In this document: in pieces, positions 30,198 to 41,073 of the stretch
Layout: every line of letters begins with the position of its first letter
Numbering within the stretch: the stretch's first letter is position 1
DNA from: an uncultured delta proteobacterium
GTDB lineage: Bacteria > Desulfobacterota > Binatia > UBA9968
Assembly: GCA_963760795.1 (NCBI GenBank)
Contig: CAVXEP010000020.1
Span: 64,001-128,000, forward strand
Reading direction: 5' to 3'
DNA length: 64,000 nt
Translations under genes and position numbers: made by a program
The notes under the pieces: model-generated
The model's database searches: none
The model's input: only the letters and a program-made list of their open reading frames with translations
What the model was told of the DNA's origin: nothing

Positions 30198-32013
30198 ATG
30201 AACCTATTTATGTCAATGACGCGACGATTGGCAATCCTCGGTAGCATCGCAGTCATCGTCGGCCAATTTGACCCTAGCGCGTTTGGCCAATCTCATCCGC
30301 ACCTGTTTCGCCAACGGCCAGTGCCGATCTTGCCGGAGCGTAACGCCAGCGTGGCGTCCATCGGCGACGTTGATCACAACCTTCTGGCCAGTAACCCCGA
30401 GCGCTTGACCATCGTCGTGCCCGGCAAAGCCGATCTGCTGATCGACCGTCATCATCACGACCAGCGCAGCGCGGACAACATGGTATGGCGCGGTCAGGCC
30501 GACGACGACCCAAGCAGCAAGGTGACTTTGACCCTCCATAACGGCATTCTCCTCGGCCATATACAGAGCGGCAACGAAATCTTTGCGCTGCGTCCGGGAC
30601 GCAATGGCCGCACGATCATCGAAAAAATCGACACCGACAGTTTTAACCCCGAATGGGGCCATGACCATCGTACCCATGGCCATGATAAAGTCCCGCCAAA
30701 GCGCGCTGGCACTGCCGACCTGAGCGGCACCAGCAGCGCAACCGCGCCTGCCACTGCAGCAGCAACAACGACCACAGAAATTGTCTTGATGTCGGTCTAC
30801 ACGCCCCAGGCTCGCGCCGCCGCTGGAGGAGTAGCGCAAATCCAAGCGCAAATTCAAGCCGCGGTGGATCAAGCCAACACCGCCTTTATCAACAGTAACA
30901 TGATCGCCCGTTACCGCTTGGCGCACACCGCCGAAGTGGCTTACACCGATTCAGGCGATATTGACACCGACTTGAACTGGGTCACCGGCAACGCCGCCGT
31001 CGCGTCATTGCGCAATACCCACTCGGCCGACATGGTGTCGCTGATCACCGAAAACGGCGGCGGTTATTGCGGCATCGGCTGGGTGCAAAGAAATCCTGGC
31101 GCAGGTTTCGCCTCCTATGCCTTTCAAGTCACGGCACGTGGCTGTCTTGCCAATAGCACTTTAGCCCATGAACACGGCCACAACCTGGGTATGGAACATG
31201 ACCCGGCTACCGCGGGAATTTCCCCGGCGGGCGCTTCCTATGACTGGTCTTTCGGTCACAACGTCCCCGGCTCATTCCGCACGATTATGTCCTACAGCCT
31301 GCGCCGCGCCTTGTCCGCGCGTGTTGCATTACTCCAATCCCGATGTTCTCTACAACGGTCTGCCGACCGGCATCGCCAACGAGCGTGACAACGCTTGGAC
31401 TGGAGATTTGACCGCACCGATCGTCGCCGCCTTTCGCAGCGGCGGCGACGCCGCCGTCAACAACCCACCGGCGTTTACCAGTGATCCGATCAGCAAGCCA
31501 AACGCCACCCAGGCGCTAGCCTATTCAAGCAGCGTCGCCAGCAACGCCAGCGATGCTGACGGCGACACTTTGACATTCTCCAAGAGTGGCGGACCAGCCT
31601 GGCTCATTGTCGCCCAAAACGGCGCTTTGACCGGCACCCCGAGTGGCAGCAATCTGGGAGTTAACACTTTCACAGTGAGCGTTACCGACGGCAAAGGCGT
31701 CCCTGACACCGCGACACTGCAAATCACCGTAGTGAGCGGGTTGAGCGCGCCGAGCGGTCTCGTCGGTTCGTCGACACTCGCGCGGCGCATTAATCTTGTC
31801 TGGAATGATAACTCCAGTAACGAGAAAGGGTTCAAAATCGAGCGCTCCACTGACGGCGTGAACTTTACTAGAATCGCCACCCGTCCCGCTAACGCAACGG
31901 CTTTTACCGATGGTAACCGCCGCTCAGGATCGACCTACTACTACCGAGTCCAGGCATATAACGCGAGCGGCCATTCCGCCTATTCAAATACTGTCAGCGT
32001 GGTTGCCAAGTAG
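30198..32013 (+). CDS. Secreted metzincin (M12B/reprolysin-like) zinc metallopeptidase with Ig/cadherin-like and fibronectin type III domains, one frameshift near 31298
   Basis: HEHGHNLGMEHD zinc motif and Met-turn RTIMSY; the second frame gives CPRVLHYSNP, an NNPPAFTSDP Ig-like domain and FN3 (W.DNSSNE.GF.IERS...YYYRV.AYN). Confidence 0.88.
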
Positions 32014-32047
32014 TCCGCCCAAGATTCACTTCATCACCCCTCGGTCG

Positions 32048-32079
32048 AACCGGCTCGAGCCATCGAGCCGGTTTTTTTT
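32048..32079 (+). terminator. Rho-independent terminator
   Basis: AACCGGCTCGA-GCCA-TCGAGCCGGTT followed by a T tract. Confidence 0.85.
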
Positions 32080-32182
32080 CGCCTTCGTCTTGCTGTTCTC
32101 TGTTCGATTCAATTTCGGGGCCGTAGACATTCTGCGCGCCTTGGCATAAGTGATCTGAGACAATCTGTGAAGGGGCGCGCCC

Positions 32183-32860
32183 ATGGACATCGACAAACTC
32201 AAACAAGACATCGTCACCGCCAGCCACATTCTCCACCAGCAAGGGATCGCCGCCGCCTTTGGCCATGTCAGCGCGCGCATTCCTGGCACGAATACGTTCA
32301 TCTTCCCGCCGCGTATGAGTCCCGCACTGGTGCGAATGGATAATCTCTTGACGCTCGATGTCGACGGCAACCAACTTTCCGGCGAAGGCCGGCCGAACAC
32401 CGAATTCTGGATTCACGCGCGAATTTACCAAGCCCGCCCCGATGTCCAATCGGTTTGCCATGTGCATCCGCCGAGCTGTGTGGTGTTAGGCTCTCTCGGT
32501 GAAACCGTGCGGCCGCTGCACGCGTCCGGCGCGGTGTTTAGAAACGACGTGCAAGTCTTCGATCCTATCACGTTAATTCGCACCCGCGAGTTGGGCGATG
32601 CCGTGGCCAAGACTCTCGGCAACCATGGCGCCATGTTACTGCGCGGCCACGGCGTCAATGTCGCCGACAAAGATGTCCGGCGCGTCTGCATCATGACCCT
32701 GTGGATGGAAGAAGCGGCCAATTATCAGCTGCGCGCCATGGCCGCCGGCAAGCCGCGCTACTTCACGCCGGAGGAGCTGGCGGTCATTTATCCGCAAGTC
32801 TCCGGTGAAGAAGTCTCCAACCGGGCGTGGGAGTATTTCAGCAGCCGGGTCGAATCTTGA
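32183..32860 (+). CDS. Class II aldolase/adducin family protein
   Basis: FGHVSAR, EFWIHARIY, VCHVHP, LLRGHG. Confidence 0.9.
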   Translation: MDIDKLKQDIVTASHILHQQGIAAAFGHVSARIPGTNTFIFPPRMSPALVRMDNLLTLDVDGNQLSGEGRPNTEFWIHARIYQARPDVQSVCHVHPPSCVVLGSLGETVRPLHASGAVFRNDVQVFDPITLIRTRELGDAVAKTLGNHGAMLLRGHGVNVADKDVRRVCIMTLWMEEAANYQLRAMAAGKPRYFTPEELAVIYPQVSGEEVSNRAWEYFSSRVES

Positions 32861-32927
32861 TGCCAAAGGCTTGAGACCGTCCGCCTGATCGCGATATTGT
32901 CGGTCCAGCAATAGCGAGGGGAAACCA

Positions 32928-33611
32928 ATGGCACTAAAACACAGCGACCTGCGCCAAGCGGTCATCGAGAGCGCGAATTTTCTCGTGCGCATCGGCGCGA
33001 TCTCGATGAGCCACCATGGCAACTTTAGCGTGCGCGTGCCCGGCACCGACACGATCTTGCTCACTGCATCGAGCTCCTTCGATAATTTGCAGCCGGAGAA
33101 TCTCGCGTTGCTCGATCTCGATGGCAAACTCGTCGAAGGCGAGATCAATCCGACCAACGCCGAGATCGTCCACATGCATGCCATCGTCTACAAACAACGG
33201 CCGGAGACCGGCGCCGTCGTCCACACCCACTCGACCTACGCCACCAGCTTCGCCCTCGCGAGCCGCGCCCTGGGTTGCTCCTATGAAGCGCTGGTGCGCA
33301 ATGACATGGCCGACGGCGTGCCGTTGGCGAAATATGGCCCGCGCGGCTCCGGCGAATCCATCGCCAACATCGTCACTGCCTTGAACGGGACGAAAAACAC
33401 CAAAGCCGTGCTGTTGGAAAACCACGGCGTGCTCGCCTTCGGCGCCAATCCCGCCGCCGCGGCGCGGGCCAATTTGATTGTCGAAGAAGCGGCGCAAATG
33501 GCGATCTACGCCGAGGTTTTGGGCGGCGCCAAGATCATCCCGCCGGAATTACTGAAAGCCACCGTCGGCCGTAGAGATGAATTTGCCCACGCGGGAATGC
33601 AGCGGGCATGA
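32928..33611 (+). CDS. Class II aldolase/adducin family protein
   Basis: HGNFSVR, MHAIVY, VVHTHSTYATSFA, LLENHG. Confidence 0.9.
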   Translation: MALKHSDLRQAVIESANFLVRIGAISMSHHGNFSVRVPGTDTILLTASSSFDNLQPENLALLDLDGKLVEGEINPTNAEIVHMHAIVYKQRPETGAVVHTHSTYATSFALASRALGCSYEALVRNDMADGVPLAKYGPRGSGESIANIVTALNGTKNTKAVLLENHGVLAFGANPAAAARANLIVEEAAQMAIYAEVLGGAKIIPPELLKATVGRRDEFAHAGMQRA

Positions 33612-33612
33612 C

Positions 33613-33640
33613 GCAGCGGCGACCGGCCGGTCGCCCTAAC
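33613..33640 (-). repeat. REP-like palindrome
   Basis: ggcgaccggccggtcgcc perfect palindrome followed by ctaac. Confidence 0.6.
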
Positions 33641-33689
33641 CCGTATCAGCAGACCATCACAAGCAGGAAACAGGAAAGGAAGAAAGAAA

Positions 33690-34554
33690 ATGGCTATGAC
33701 CGCAAATGAAAAACGCAAGGCGTTGAAGGCGATGATGCAGCAGCCCACCTGTCATCTGGCGCCGAGTTGTAACGATGGCATTCAAGCCCGCTTGGTTGAG
33801 TGGCTGGGCTTTCCGCTGGTGCATATTTCCGGCAGCGGACAACACCGCTCGCTCGGATTTGCCGACGCCGGATCTGCTTACCCTCACCGAGATGATCAAC
33901 AAAGCGCGGGAAATCGTCGACGCCGTCAACATTCCCATCGTCAGCGACGCCGAGACCGGCTACGGCAATGCCGTCAACGTCTATCGCGCGGTAAAGGAAT
34001 TCGACCGTACCGGCGTCGCCGCCATCCACATCGAAGACCAGATGACGCCCAAGCGCGCCGGCCATGAAGGCTTCGACGTCGGTTTGATTTCGCGCGAGGA
34101 ATTCGTCGCCAAAATCAAAGCCGCCGTGGACGCACGCAGCGACCAGGACCTCGTCATCATCGCCCGCTCGGAAGCCAAGGACTCGCTGCAAGAGCGCCTC
34201 GAACGCACCCAGGCCTGCATCGAAGCCGGCGCCGACGCCTCCTGGGTCAGCGCGCGCACCGAGGAAGAAATCCAAGCCTATGCCAAGCTCGGCAAGCCGC
34301 TGGTCGGCGTGCCGCCGCGCGGCGTGATGACCATCCAGCGCTACGGCGAGTTGGGCGGCCGCGTCGGCTGCATCCCAACGGTGCTGCAAGTCGCCATGCT
34401 GCACGGCATGCGCCAGTGCTTGGAAGAACTGAAAAAGAACGGCACAGAAGCGGCCTATTTCAAAAACACTCCCGGCATCGAAGACACGCGCAAATGGTAC
34501 GCCAACATGGGTAATGCCGAGCTCAAGGAAATGGAAAAGAAGTACGGCTATTGA
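33690..34554 (+). CDS. Isocitrate lyase / PEP mutase superfamily protein, one frameshift near 33872
   Basis: LGFADAG, IPIVSDAETGYG, IHIEDQ..PKRAGH, VIIARSEA, EAGAD. Confidence 0.88.
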
Positions 34555-34612
34555 GAGTATGCATCACTGACCGCCAATTAACTGCAGTATAACTAGACGT
34601 TGAGGGTTGTCT

Positions 34613-35612
34613 ATGTTTAGATCGAAATGCTTTGCCAGAATCATCCTAGCGATGGTGCTGATTCACCGGCACCGCACAGTCGGCGCAGGCACAACTGACG
34701 AAAATCAACGTCGGCTACAGCGCCATCAGCGGCGATGCGCTGCCGGCGTGGCTGGCCAAGGACGCCGGTATCTTTGAAAAAAATGGCCTCGACGTTCAAG
34801 CGGTTTTCTTCGCCGGCGGCACGACGGCGATCATGGCGTTGGTTTCCGCAGACACGCCGATCGCGCAGCTAGCCGGGCCCGCGGTAGTGAATTCCGTCAT
34901 GGCGGGTTCCGATGCGACAATCGTCGCCGGCGGCGTCATCTCGCTCAATTACTATTTACAAAGCCGAGCCGAAATCAAAACTCCCGAGCAGCTCAAAGGC
35001 GGGTCGGTGGCGGTCAGCCGCTTCGGCTCGTCTTCTGATTTCATCGCCCGCTACGCGCTGACAAAAATTGGACTCACGCCCGGCAAGGATGTCACCATCG
35101 TGCAGATCGGCAGCACCACGGCGCGCGTCGACGCCGTCATCGCTGGGCGCGTCCAGGCCACCGTGGTTAATCCACCGGCGAGTATCATCGCAACAAAGCG
35201 CGGTATGAACACGCTGGCCGACCTGCCCAAGCTCGGACTCGTCTATCAGCACACCGCGGCAGTCACGACTAAAAAATACATTCGCGAGAATCGCGACATC
35301 GTTCGGCGCTATGTAAAATCTCAAATTGAAGCCGTCCATCGTATTTACACCGACAAAGAAAGCGCCGTTCGCGCGTTGGGGCGATTCATCGGCCGCACGG
35401 TCGAGCGCGATGTCTTGGAAAAAACCTGGGAAAATTTAATCAGTGAAGCGGTGATGCCGAGAAAACAGTACCCGTCCATCGAAGGGCTGAAAACCATCCT
35501 CGCTTCAGAGCCGAAAGCCAAGTCGCACAACCCCGAGGACTATTTCGACGCGAGCTTCGTTAAAGAATTGGATCTGAGCGGTTATACCGATAGCCTCTAC
35601 AAGAAACGGTGA
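34613..35612 (+). CDS. ABC substrate-binding protein, NitT/TauT family, one frameshift near 34660 in the signal peptide
   Basis: The frame of ORF 34833-35612 extends upstream through QLTKINVGYSAISG..GIFEKNGLDV; ATG at 34613 follows GAGG in another frame. Confidence 0.82.
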
Positions 35613-35619
35613 GAAGATA

Positions 35620-36408
35620 TCAATGGTGCGCCGCCGTTTGACCGGCGCCGCGGTAGCGCCAGCGTAACAGCCGCCGCTCAACGGCTTCCGCCCCGGTGAA
35701 CAGCAGCAGCACAAAGGCCATGATGAGAAAGATCAGTCCCATGGTCAGGGCTGCGTTGTAGGTGCTCTGAGCGAACTGCAGCAGATAACCAAGCCCGCGC
35801 GTCGCCGCGACGAACTCGCCGACCACCGCACCGGTAAAAGCAAAACCAACCGCGACTTTGAGGCTCCCCAACACCCAGGCGGTGACCGACGGAATATAAA
35901 CTTCGCGCAGCAGCACCAAGCGTCCGCCGCCGAGGGTGCGCACCCGGTCGACCAGCAACTGATTGACGTCGCGGATGCCGCTGTAAACGGCGAAGAAGAT
36001 GAGCACCGCCACCAGCACCACGGCCAAGGCGATTTTCGAAGGCAGTTCGATGCCGAGCCAGATCACGAATAGCGGCGCGAGGATCACGCGCGGGATCGCG
36101 TTCAGCAGCATCATGATCGGTTCGAGAATATCGGCGAGCAGCGGAACCAGCGCGGCGCCAAAGCCGAGCACGATGCCCAACGCCAAGCCGATCGCCAGGC
36201 CGGCGAGCGCGGCGGTAAAGGTCGCCTGCAAGTGACCGAGAATCGTGCCCTCGGCAAACAAGGAAAAAACAACTCGTAAAATTTCACTCGGAGCCGGAGC
36301 ATAAAATGGATTTATGATCCCCAGCCGCGCCAACACCTCCCAAAGAGCCGCGAGGACCAGTAGCGAAACAAACCGCCGCACCCATAACTTTTCTCCATAG
36401 GCTCTCAT
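35620..36408 (-). CDS. ABC transporter permease (NitT/TauT)
   Basis: IPRVILAPLFVIWLG, AVVGEFVAATRGLG. Confidence 0.9.
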   Translation of the reverse strand: MRAYGEKLWVRRFVSLLVLAALWEVLARLGIINPFYAPAPSEILRVVFSLFAEGTILGHLQATFTAALAGLAIGLALGIVLGFGAALVPLLADILEPIMMLLNAIPRVILAPLFVIWLGIELPSKIALAVVLVAVLIFFAVYSGIRDVNQLLVDRVRTLGGGRLVLLREVYIPSVTAWVLGSLKVAVGFAFTGAVVGEFVAATRGLGYLLQFAQSTYNAALTMGLIFLIMAFVLLLFTGAEAVERRLLRWRYRGAGQTAAHH

Positions 36409-37163
36409 CTCGTGGCCTCAACTTGCGGCGAACCCACCACGTCCGACAGGTCCTTCCAAAGCTGCTCAAGAAGCGGGGCGAAGCTAGGATGTCTGCGGCT
36501 GGCGATAATATCCCGTGGACGGGGAATCGACACTTCATACGAGGTTTGGACTCGCGCCCTCGGACCCTGCGACAGCAGGTAGACCGTGTCAGAGACGGTC
36601 AACGCTTCTTCAAGATCATGGGTTACCAAGAGCACGCTCAAGTGCTCGCGCTCCACCCAGTTTAAAAGTTCCTGCGTGATGCGCGTTCGAACGATCGCAT
36701 CGAGCGCCGCGAATGGCTCGTCCATGAGCAGCAATTTTGGCTTCAGGGCGAGAATCTGCGCGATGGCGACCCGCTTTCTTTGACCGCCCGAGAGTTCGTG
36801 AGGGAAACGCCCGCCTAAACCTTCGAGTCCAAGTCGCGTAAGCCATGCGTCGGCCTCGACCTGCGCTTTACTTTTGGCAAGTTTTCGAATGCGCAAACCA
36901 AGCGCGACGTTTTCCCGGGCGGTACGCCAAGGCAGAAGCGCATCGTCCTGAAACAAAAAACCCAGCGACTCGCCGCTGCCATTCAAATCGATATGGCCGG
37001 CGCTTGGTGTGAGCAGGCCGTTTACCGCGCGCAGAATGCTGGTCTTGCCGGAGCCCGACGGCCCGATCAAACTGACGAATTGCCCCGCGGCGACTTCGAG
37101 GCTAACTCCTTCGATAACCGGTTCTTGCCCATAACCCAAGGCGAGGTCTGAGACGCGAAGCAC
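36405..37163 (-). CDS. ABC transporter ATP-binding protein (NitT/TauT)
   Basis: GPSGSGKT, LSGGQ, LLLMDEPF, VTHD. Confidence 0.93.
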   Translation of the reverse strand: MLRVSDLALGYGQEPVIEGVSLEVAAGQFVSLIGPSGSGKTSILRAVNGLLTPSAGHIDLNGSGESLGFLFQDDALLPWRTARENVALGLRIRKLAKSKAQVEADAWLTRLGLEGLGGRFPHELSGGQRKRVAIAQILALKPKLLLMDEPFAALDAIVRTRITQELLNWVEREHLSVLLVTHDLEEALTVSDTVYLLSQGPRARVQTSYEVSIPRPRDIIASRRHPSFAPLLEQLWKDLSDVVGSPQVEATR

Positions 37164-38228
37164 TTAATTCCCGACTATCGATAGATCGAGCAAGGGTTTG
37201 AGATCGACGGATGCAGCCAGCAGACCTGCGGCCTTATGGGCGTCCCCAACACGAGTTACAGCGGCGAGATCGATTTTGACGTTGTCGGGATAAAGAGATC
37301 GCCGGTAGCGCTCCAGAATCCCGCTAAGCCGATCCCGATTGGCACCGGTGATGAGCTCTTTAGGCAGCGCAGCGACAGCTTCCTTAACGGGGATGTTGCG
37401 CGTGTCCTGCAATCCCTTCGCGAGCGCTCGGGCCAGCCGACCCATTTCGTCCCGCCGTTTCTCACGTTCCTCGAGGCGCACAGATACACCCATAAATTCG
37501 TACGCTCCGCCGAGATAGCGGTTCGCTTCCTCGATGTTCATTACATTAGCGATCACTCCACCACCCGCGCCGGTGATTAGAGTCAACGCCGGCTCTTGCA
37601 CCATACCGGCATCGACTTGTCCAAGCCGGAGCGCATCATAAAGGTTAGGGCCGAGAGTAGCGAAGCGCACCCGGTCGGGATCAGCACCCGCCCGCTTCAT
37701 AAGGTGAATGACCAAGATGTGGTCGGCGTTGCCTAGACCCGAGATCCCCACCGTCCGGTTCTCAATATCCTTCAGGCTCCGTATATCTTTCGCCGTTTTC
37801 GGGCCGCTTGCGAGGGCAAAGAGCGGCACTCTTCCTGTCGAGGCGAAGCGGGCTATTTTGGCGCCGTGGGCAAAGGCCTGAAGCGCCACATCAAAAGAAG
37901 TCCCCGCGTAGTCCACCGCGCGCCCGACCAGTGCCTGCATGGCCACGTTGCCGCCGCGGGTGTATACCAGCCTGACATCGAGCCCTTCCTCGGCAAAATG
38001 TCCTCGCGCCCTGGCTACCTCGTAGGGTACGACGCAGAGGAGCTGCCCGCAGAATGCGAGCAATACTTGCCGGCCTTGAGCGTGGGCATTTTTCTTGGAG
38101 ACGAACATGATGCCGCTCGCCAAACCTGCCAGGCGCTTTAATGCCGTGCGTCTGCCAATTTGTTTTTTGCCACTGGTGATTTCGGGTTCTTCGGAAAAAT
38201 CAGGCGTCAACTTTTCACAGCAATCCAT
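37164..38228 (-). CDS. ABC substrate-binding protein (NMT1/THI5-like), Tat-like leader
   Basis: GRRTALK leader; GHFAEEGLDV, GQVDAGMVQEP; operon with ATPase and permease. Confidence 0.88.
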   Translation of the reverse strand: MDCCEKLTPDFSEEPEITSGKKQIGRRTALKRLAGLASGIMFVSKKNAHAQGRQVLLAFCGQLLCVVPYEVARARGHFAEEGLDVRLVYTRGGNVAMQALVGRAVDYAGTSFDVALQAFAHGAKIARFASTGRVPLFALASGPKTAKDIRSLKDIENRTVGISGLGNADHILVIHLMKRAGADPDRVRFATLGPNLYDALRLGQVDAGMVQEPALTLITGAGGGVIANVMNIEEANRYLGGAYEFMGVSVRLEEREKRRDEMGRLARALAKGLQDTRNIPVKEAVAALPKELITGANRDRLSGILERYRRSLYPDNVKIDLAAVTRVGDAHKAAGLLAASVDLKPLLDLSIVGN

Positions 38229-38666
38229 CTTGGTCTCCCTTCACGGAGAGAATTTCGTAGCGTACCGGCAAGACAATAAACGACGCCACTTCGCGGGTGG
38301 AGTTTTAACCCCACCCTTGAGCAAAGGGGGATGCTCGCCCCTTTTGGCAACCCACCACAATAATGTTCCCACCTCAAGAGGCGGGATTACCTTCGAATGT
38401 GCGAGGGAGTTAAAATACATCAACCACGGCAAAAGCCAAATGGCAATCTCGACCCGGCCAGCTTTTTCACGCTGGAACAGCCAACCTACCCAACTCGCCG
38501 AGGCTTGGCTCATGTTCAGGCGCTATTGTGCTCATCGCGGCAACCGATTATAGAGGTCGGCAGGGATTTAAGAGGGTCAATTAAACAACTGCGATCCCCA
38601 TGCGCCCATGCAAATCCGATTTCTTTTTTGCCTTCTTTGCGGTTAAATTTATTCAAAGGAGTGGCT

Positions 38667-39423
38667 ATGAGCGGTTATAAAACATTTAGCGAATGATTTG
38701 ATCAGCGCATTGGAACTATCCCAGCCGCCGATTGCCATATCATTTTGCGACGCCCCACCGCCAAATGTTCCGGCTTTCAATGGCATGGTTCCGGCTGGTT
38801 GCTCTTTCTGGCAGCAGGCGGCGACGCGGATGTTTTTTACCTCGACGAAAGACCATGAGCTTTGCGCCATCGGCGTCCACACGCACCATATGTCGCAGCC
38901 TTCACCGTCGCATCAGTCCGAGCTCGGTGACGCGCTTGCGGCCATGAGTGGGTTGGATTACGTGCGCGCCGAGGAGGTCGCGGCGATCCCGGTGGTGCAG
39001 CGCGAAGTGAAGCATGTCGTCTATGGTCCACTAGCGGAATGGCGCAGCGACCCCGAAGTCGTGCTCCTATTCGCGCACGCCCAGCAGGGATTAATCGTCA
39101 GCGAAGCGGCCAGCCGCGTCGACAAGGGTATGCCGGCGGCGATGGGACGGCCCGCTTGCGCCGTCGTGCCGCAGGTGATCAATCAAGGCCGCGCGGCCAT
39201 GAGTCTCGGCTGCTGCGGCGCGCGCGCCTACCTTGACATTTTACCCGACAGCGTCGCCATGTGGGCGTTTCCCGGCAACAAGCTTGAGCAATACTGCGCC
39301 GAAATCGTCACTCTCGCCCGCGCCAACCAGACTCTCGCGGTGTTTCACGCGCGGCGCAAGCAAGATGTCGAAGCCGGCAAACATCCGACGGTGCGCCAAT
39401 CCCTCGATCGGCTGTCATCTTAG
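38667..39423 (+). CDS. DUF169 family protein, one frameshift near 38686
   Basis: ATG after AAGGAG; LELSQPPIAI, GCSFW, CAIG, RPACA, SLGCCGAR. Confidence 0.75.
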
Positions 39424-39493
39424 GGAAACATTCAGTCCGTTCGGACAATCTCGCGCAAAGACGCAACGCACAGAAAACAAAAGAGGCAAGCCG

Positions 39494-40575
39494 ATGAAGT
39501 TCGCCCACTTCTCCCATGTCTGGAACAAGCCCGGTATGAACGCGGCGGAGCGCTACGGGCAACTGTGGCGCGAATTAGCAGCGGCGGATGAGCTCGGTTT
39601 TGACTATGGCTTTTGCGTCGAGCATCACTTCAATCCGCGCGAAAGCTGGATGCCGTCGCCGTCGATTTACTGCGCCGCGGCTGCCGCCCATACCCGACGG
39701 CTGCGCGTCGGCACCATGGGCAATGTCGCGCCCCTTTACGATCCGTTGCGTATCGCCGAAGACGCCGCGGTGCTGGACAACGTCGCCAATGGCCGGTTTG
39801 AACTGGGACTCGTCTCCGGCATTGTGCCCGACTTCTTCGGCCCCTACGGCGCTGATTTTAATAATCGCCGCGCGCTCACTCACGAAGCGCTGCTCTGCAT
39901 CAAACAAGCGCTAGCGAGCCAGGGGCCGTTCAGCTTCAACGGGGAATTTCACCAGTACCAGAACGTCACGCTCGGAGTTAAGCCACTCCAACAGCCCCAT
40001 CCGCCGATTTGGATTCATTCGCGGGACGCCGACACTCTGGCGCTCCTTGCCCGCGAAGGCGTCCATACCGGATATCTTTTCTTGGTGCCGCGCGACGAGG
40101 TTGCGCCGCGCTATCGCGAATATTTACGCCTGTGGAAAGACAGCGGGCCACACCGGCGAAGCCCAACATCGGCTACTGGATTTTAGTGTATGTCGATGAG
40201 ACCGACGCCAAAGCCGTGGCGAAAGCCAAACCCTATTTCGAGCACTGTTTCACCAATGTCTTTGGCACCCGCGCGGACGGTGGCATCGGCTACCAGCGGC
40301 TGGCCGAGAATCACGAGAAACGCGGCAATCCCCGCGGCGCCGAGATCGCGCGCCACTCGATCGACGTCGAATATTTGCGAGAAAAGAATCTAGCCTTTGT
40401 CGGCTCGCCGAAAACTGTCATCGAACAGATCAAGCAAGCGGCCGGCGAGGGTGTATTCAACACCGTCATGGCCGAGTTCAACATCGGCGCCATCGCAGAA
40501 GAAGATTTAATGCGCTCGATCAAACTCTTCGGCAGCGAAGTCCTGCCGGCTTTGCGCGACTTCGAACCCTATTGA
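39494..40575 (+). CDS. LLM-class flavin-dependent monooxygenase, frameshift near 40150
   Basis: MKFAHF, ADELGFDYGFCVEHHF, PLRIAED..VLD, PLQQPHPPIW; C-terminus VGSPKTV...SIKLFGSEVLP in ORF 40009-40575. Confidence 0.87.
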
Positions 40576-40610
40576 GCCAAGAGTCAATTGCGCTCAAGGC
40601 TCCTATTGGA

Positions 40611-41030
40611 TCACGGGTAGGTCCGGTAGATCTCCGACTCCGGTGGAATTTCCATCAGCTCGATGCTGTTACCGTCGGGATCGGAGACAAACGCGATGCG
40701 CTGCTTGGCACGGCCGATGAATTTGCGATCGGGCTTCACGCCCATCTTCGCCAGATGCTCCAGTGCCTGCTCGAGATTATCGAGCACCAGGCAGAAATGA
40801 ATGTAGCCGATCGGATCGGGCGGCGACGCCAACATGTTTTTGCCGCCGGGAAAAAGCTCGACGCACTGTCCTTTGGAAAACTCCAAGAACATCAGCTCCG
40901 GCCGCTCGCCGCTCGCCTCGACGCGATAGATCACCTTGGCGCCGAAGGCATCGCCGTACCAGCGAATACTCTTCTCGACATCCGCAACTTTAAAGGCCAC
41001 ATGGCCAAAACGAACTCCATCAATCGGCAT
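40611..41030 (-). CDS. VOC (glyoxalase) family protein
   Basis: FGHVAFKVADVEKS, VELF, IHFCL, FVSDPDGNSIELME. Confidence 0.9.
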   Translation of the reverse strand: MPIDGVRFGHVAFKVADVEKSIRWYGDAFGAKVIYRVEASGERPELMFLEFSKGQCVELFPGGKNMLASPPDPIGYIHFCLVLDNLEQALEHLAKMGVKPDRKFIGRAKQRIAFVSDPDGNSIELMEIPPESEIYRTYP

Positions 41031-41073
41031 GATATTAGTTCCTTTCCGTGTCAGTTAATGAATAGTTAGAGAT

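Noticed and set aside
38229-38620. TPP or other riboswitch upstream of the NMT1/THI5-like ABC operon
   Set aside because: No recognisable CUGAGA or other aptamer core on the minus strand.
35576-38679. 12-nt match tgagcggttata flanking the ABC operon
   Set aside because: A match this short is expected by chance in 64 kb, and both copies are coding.
38694-38696. TGA near the start of the DUF169 gene as possible selenocysteine
   Set aside because: The continuation is out of frame; removing one T restores MSGYKTLANDLISAL.
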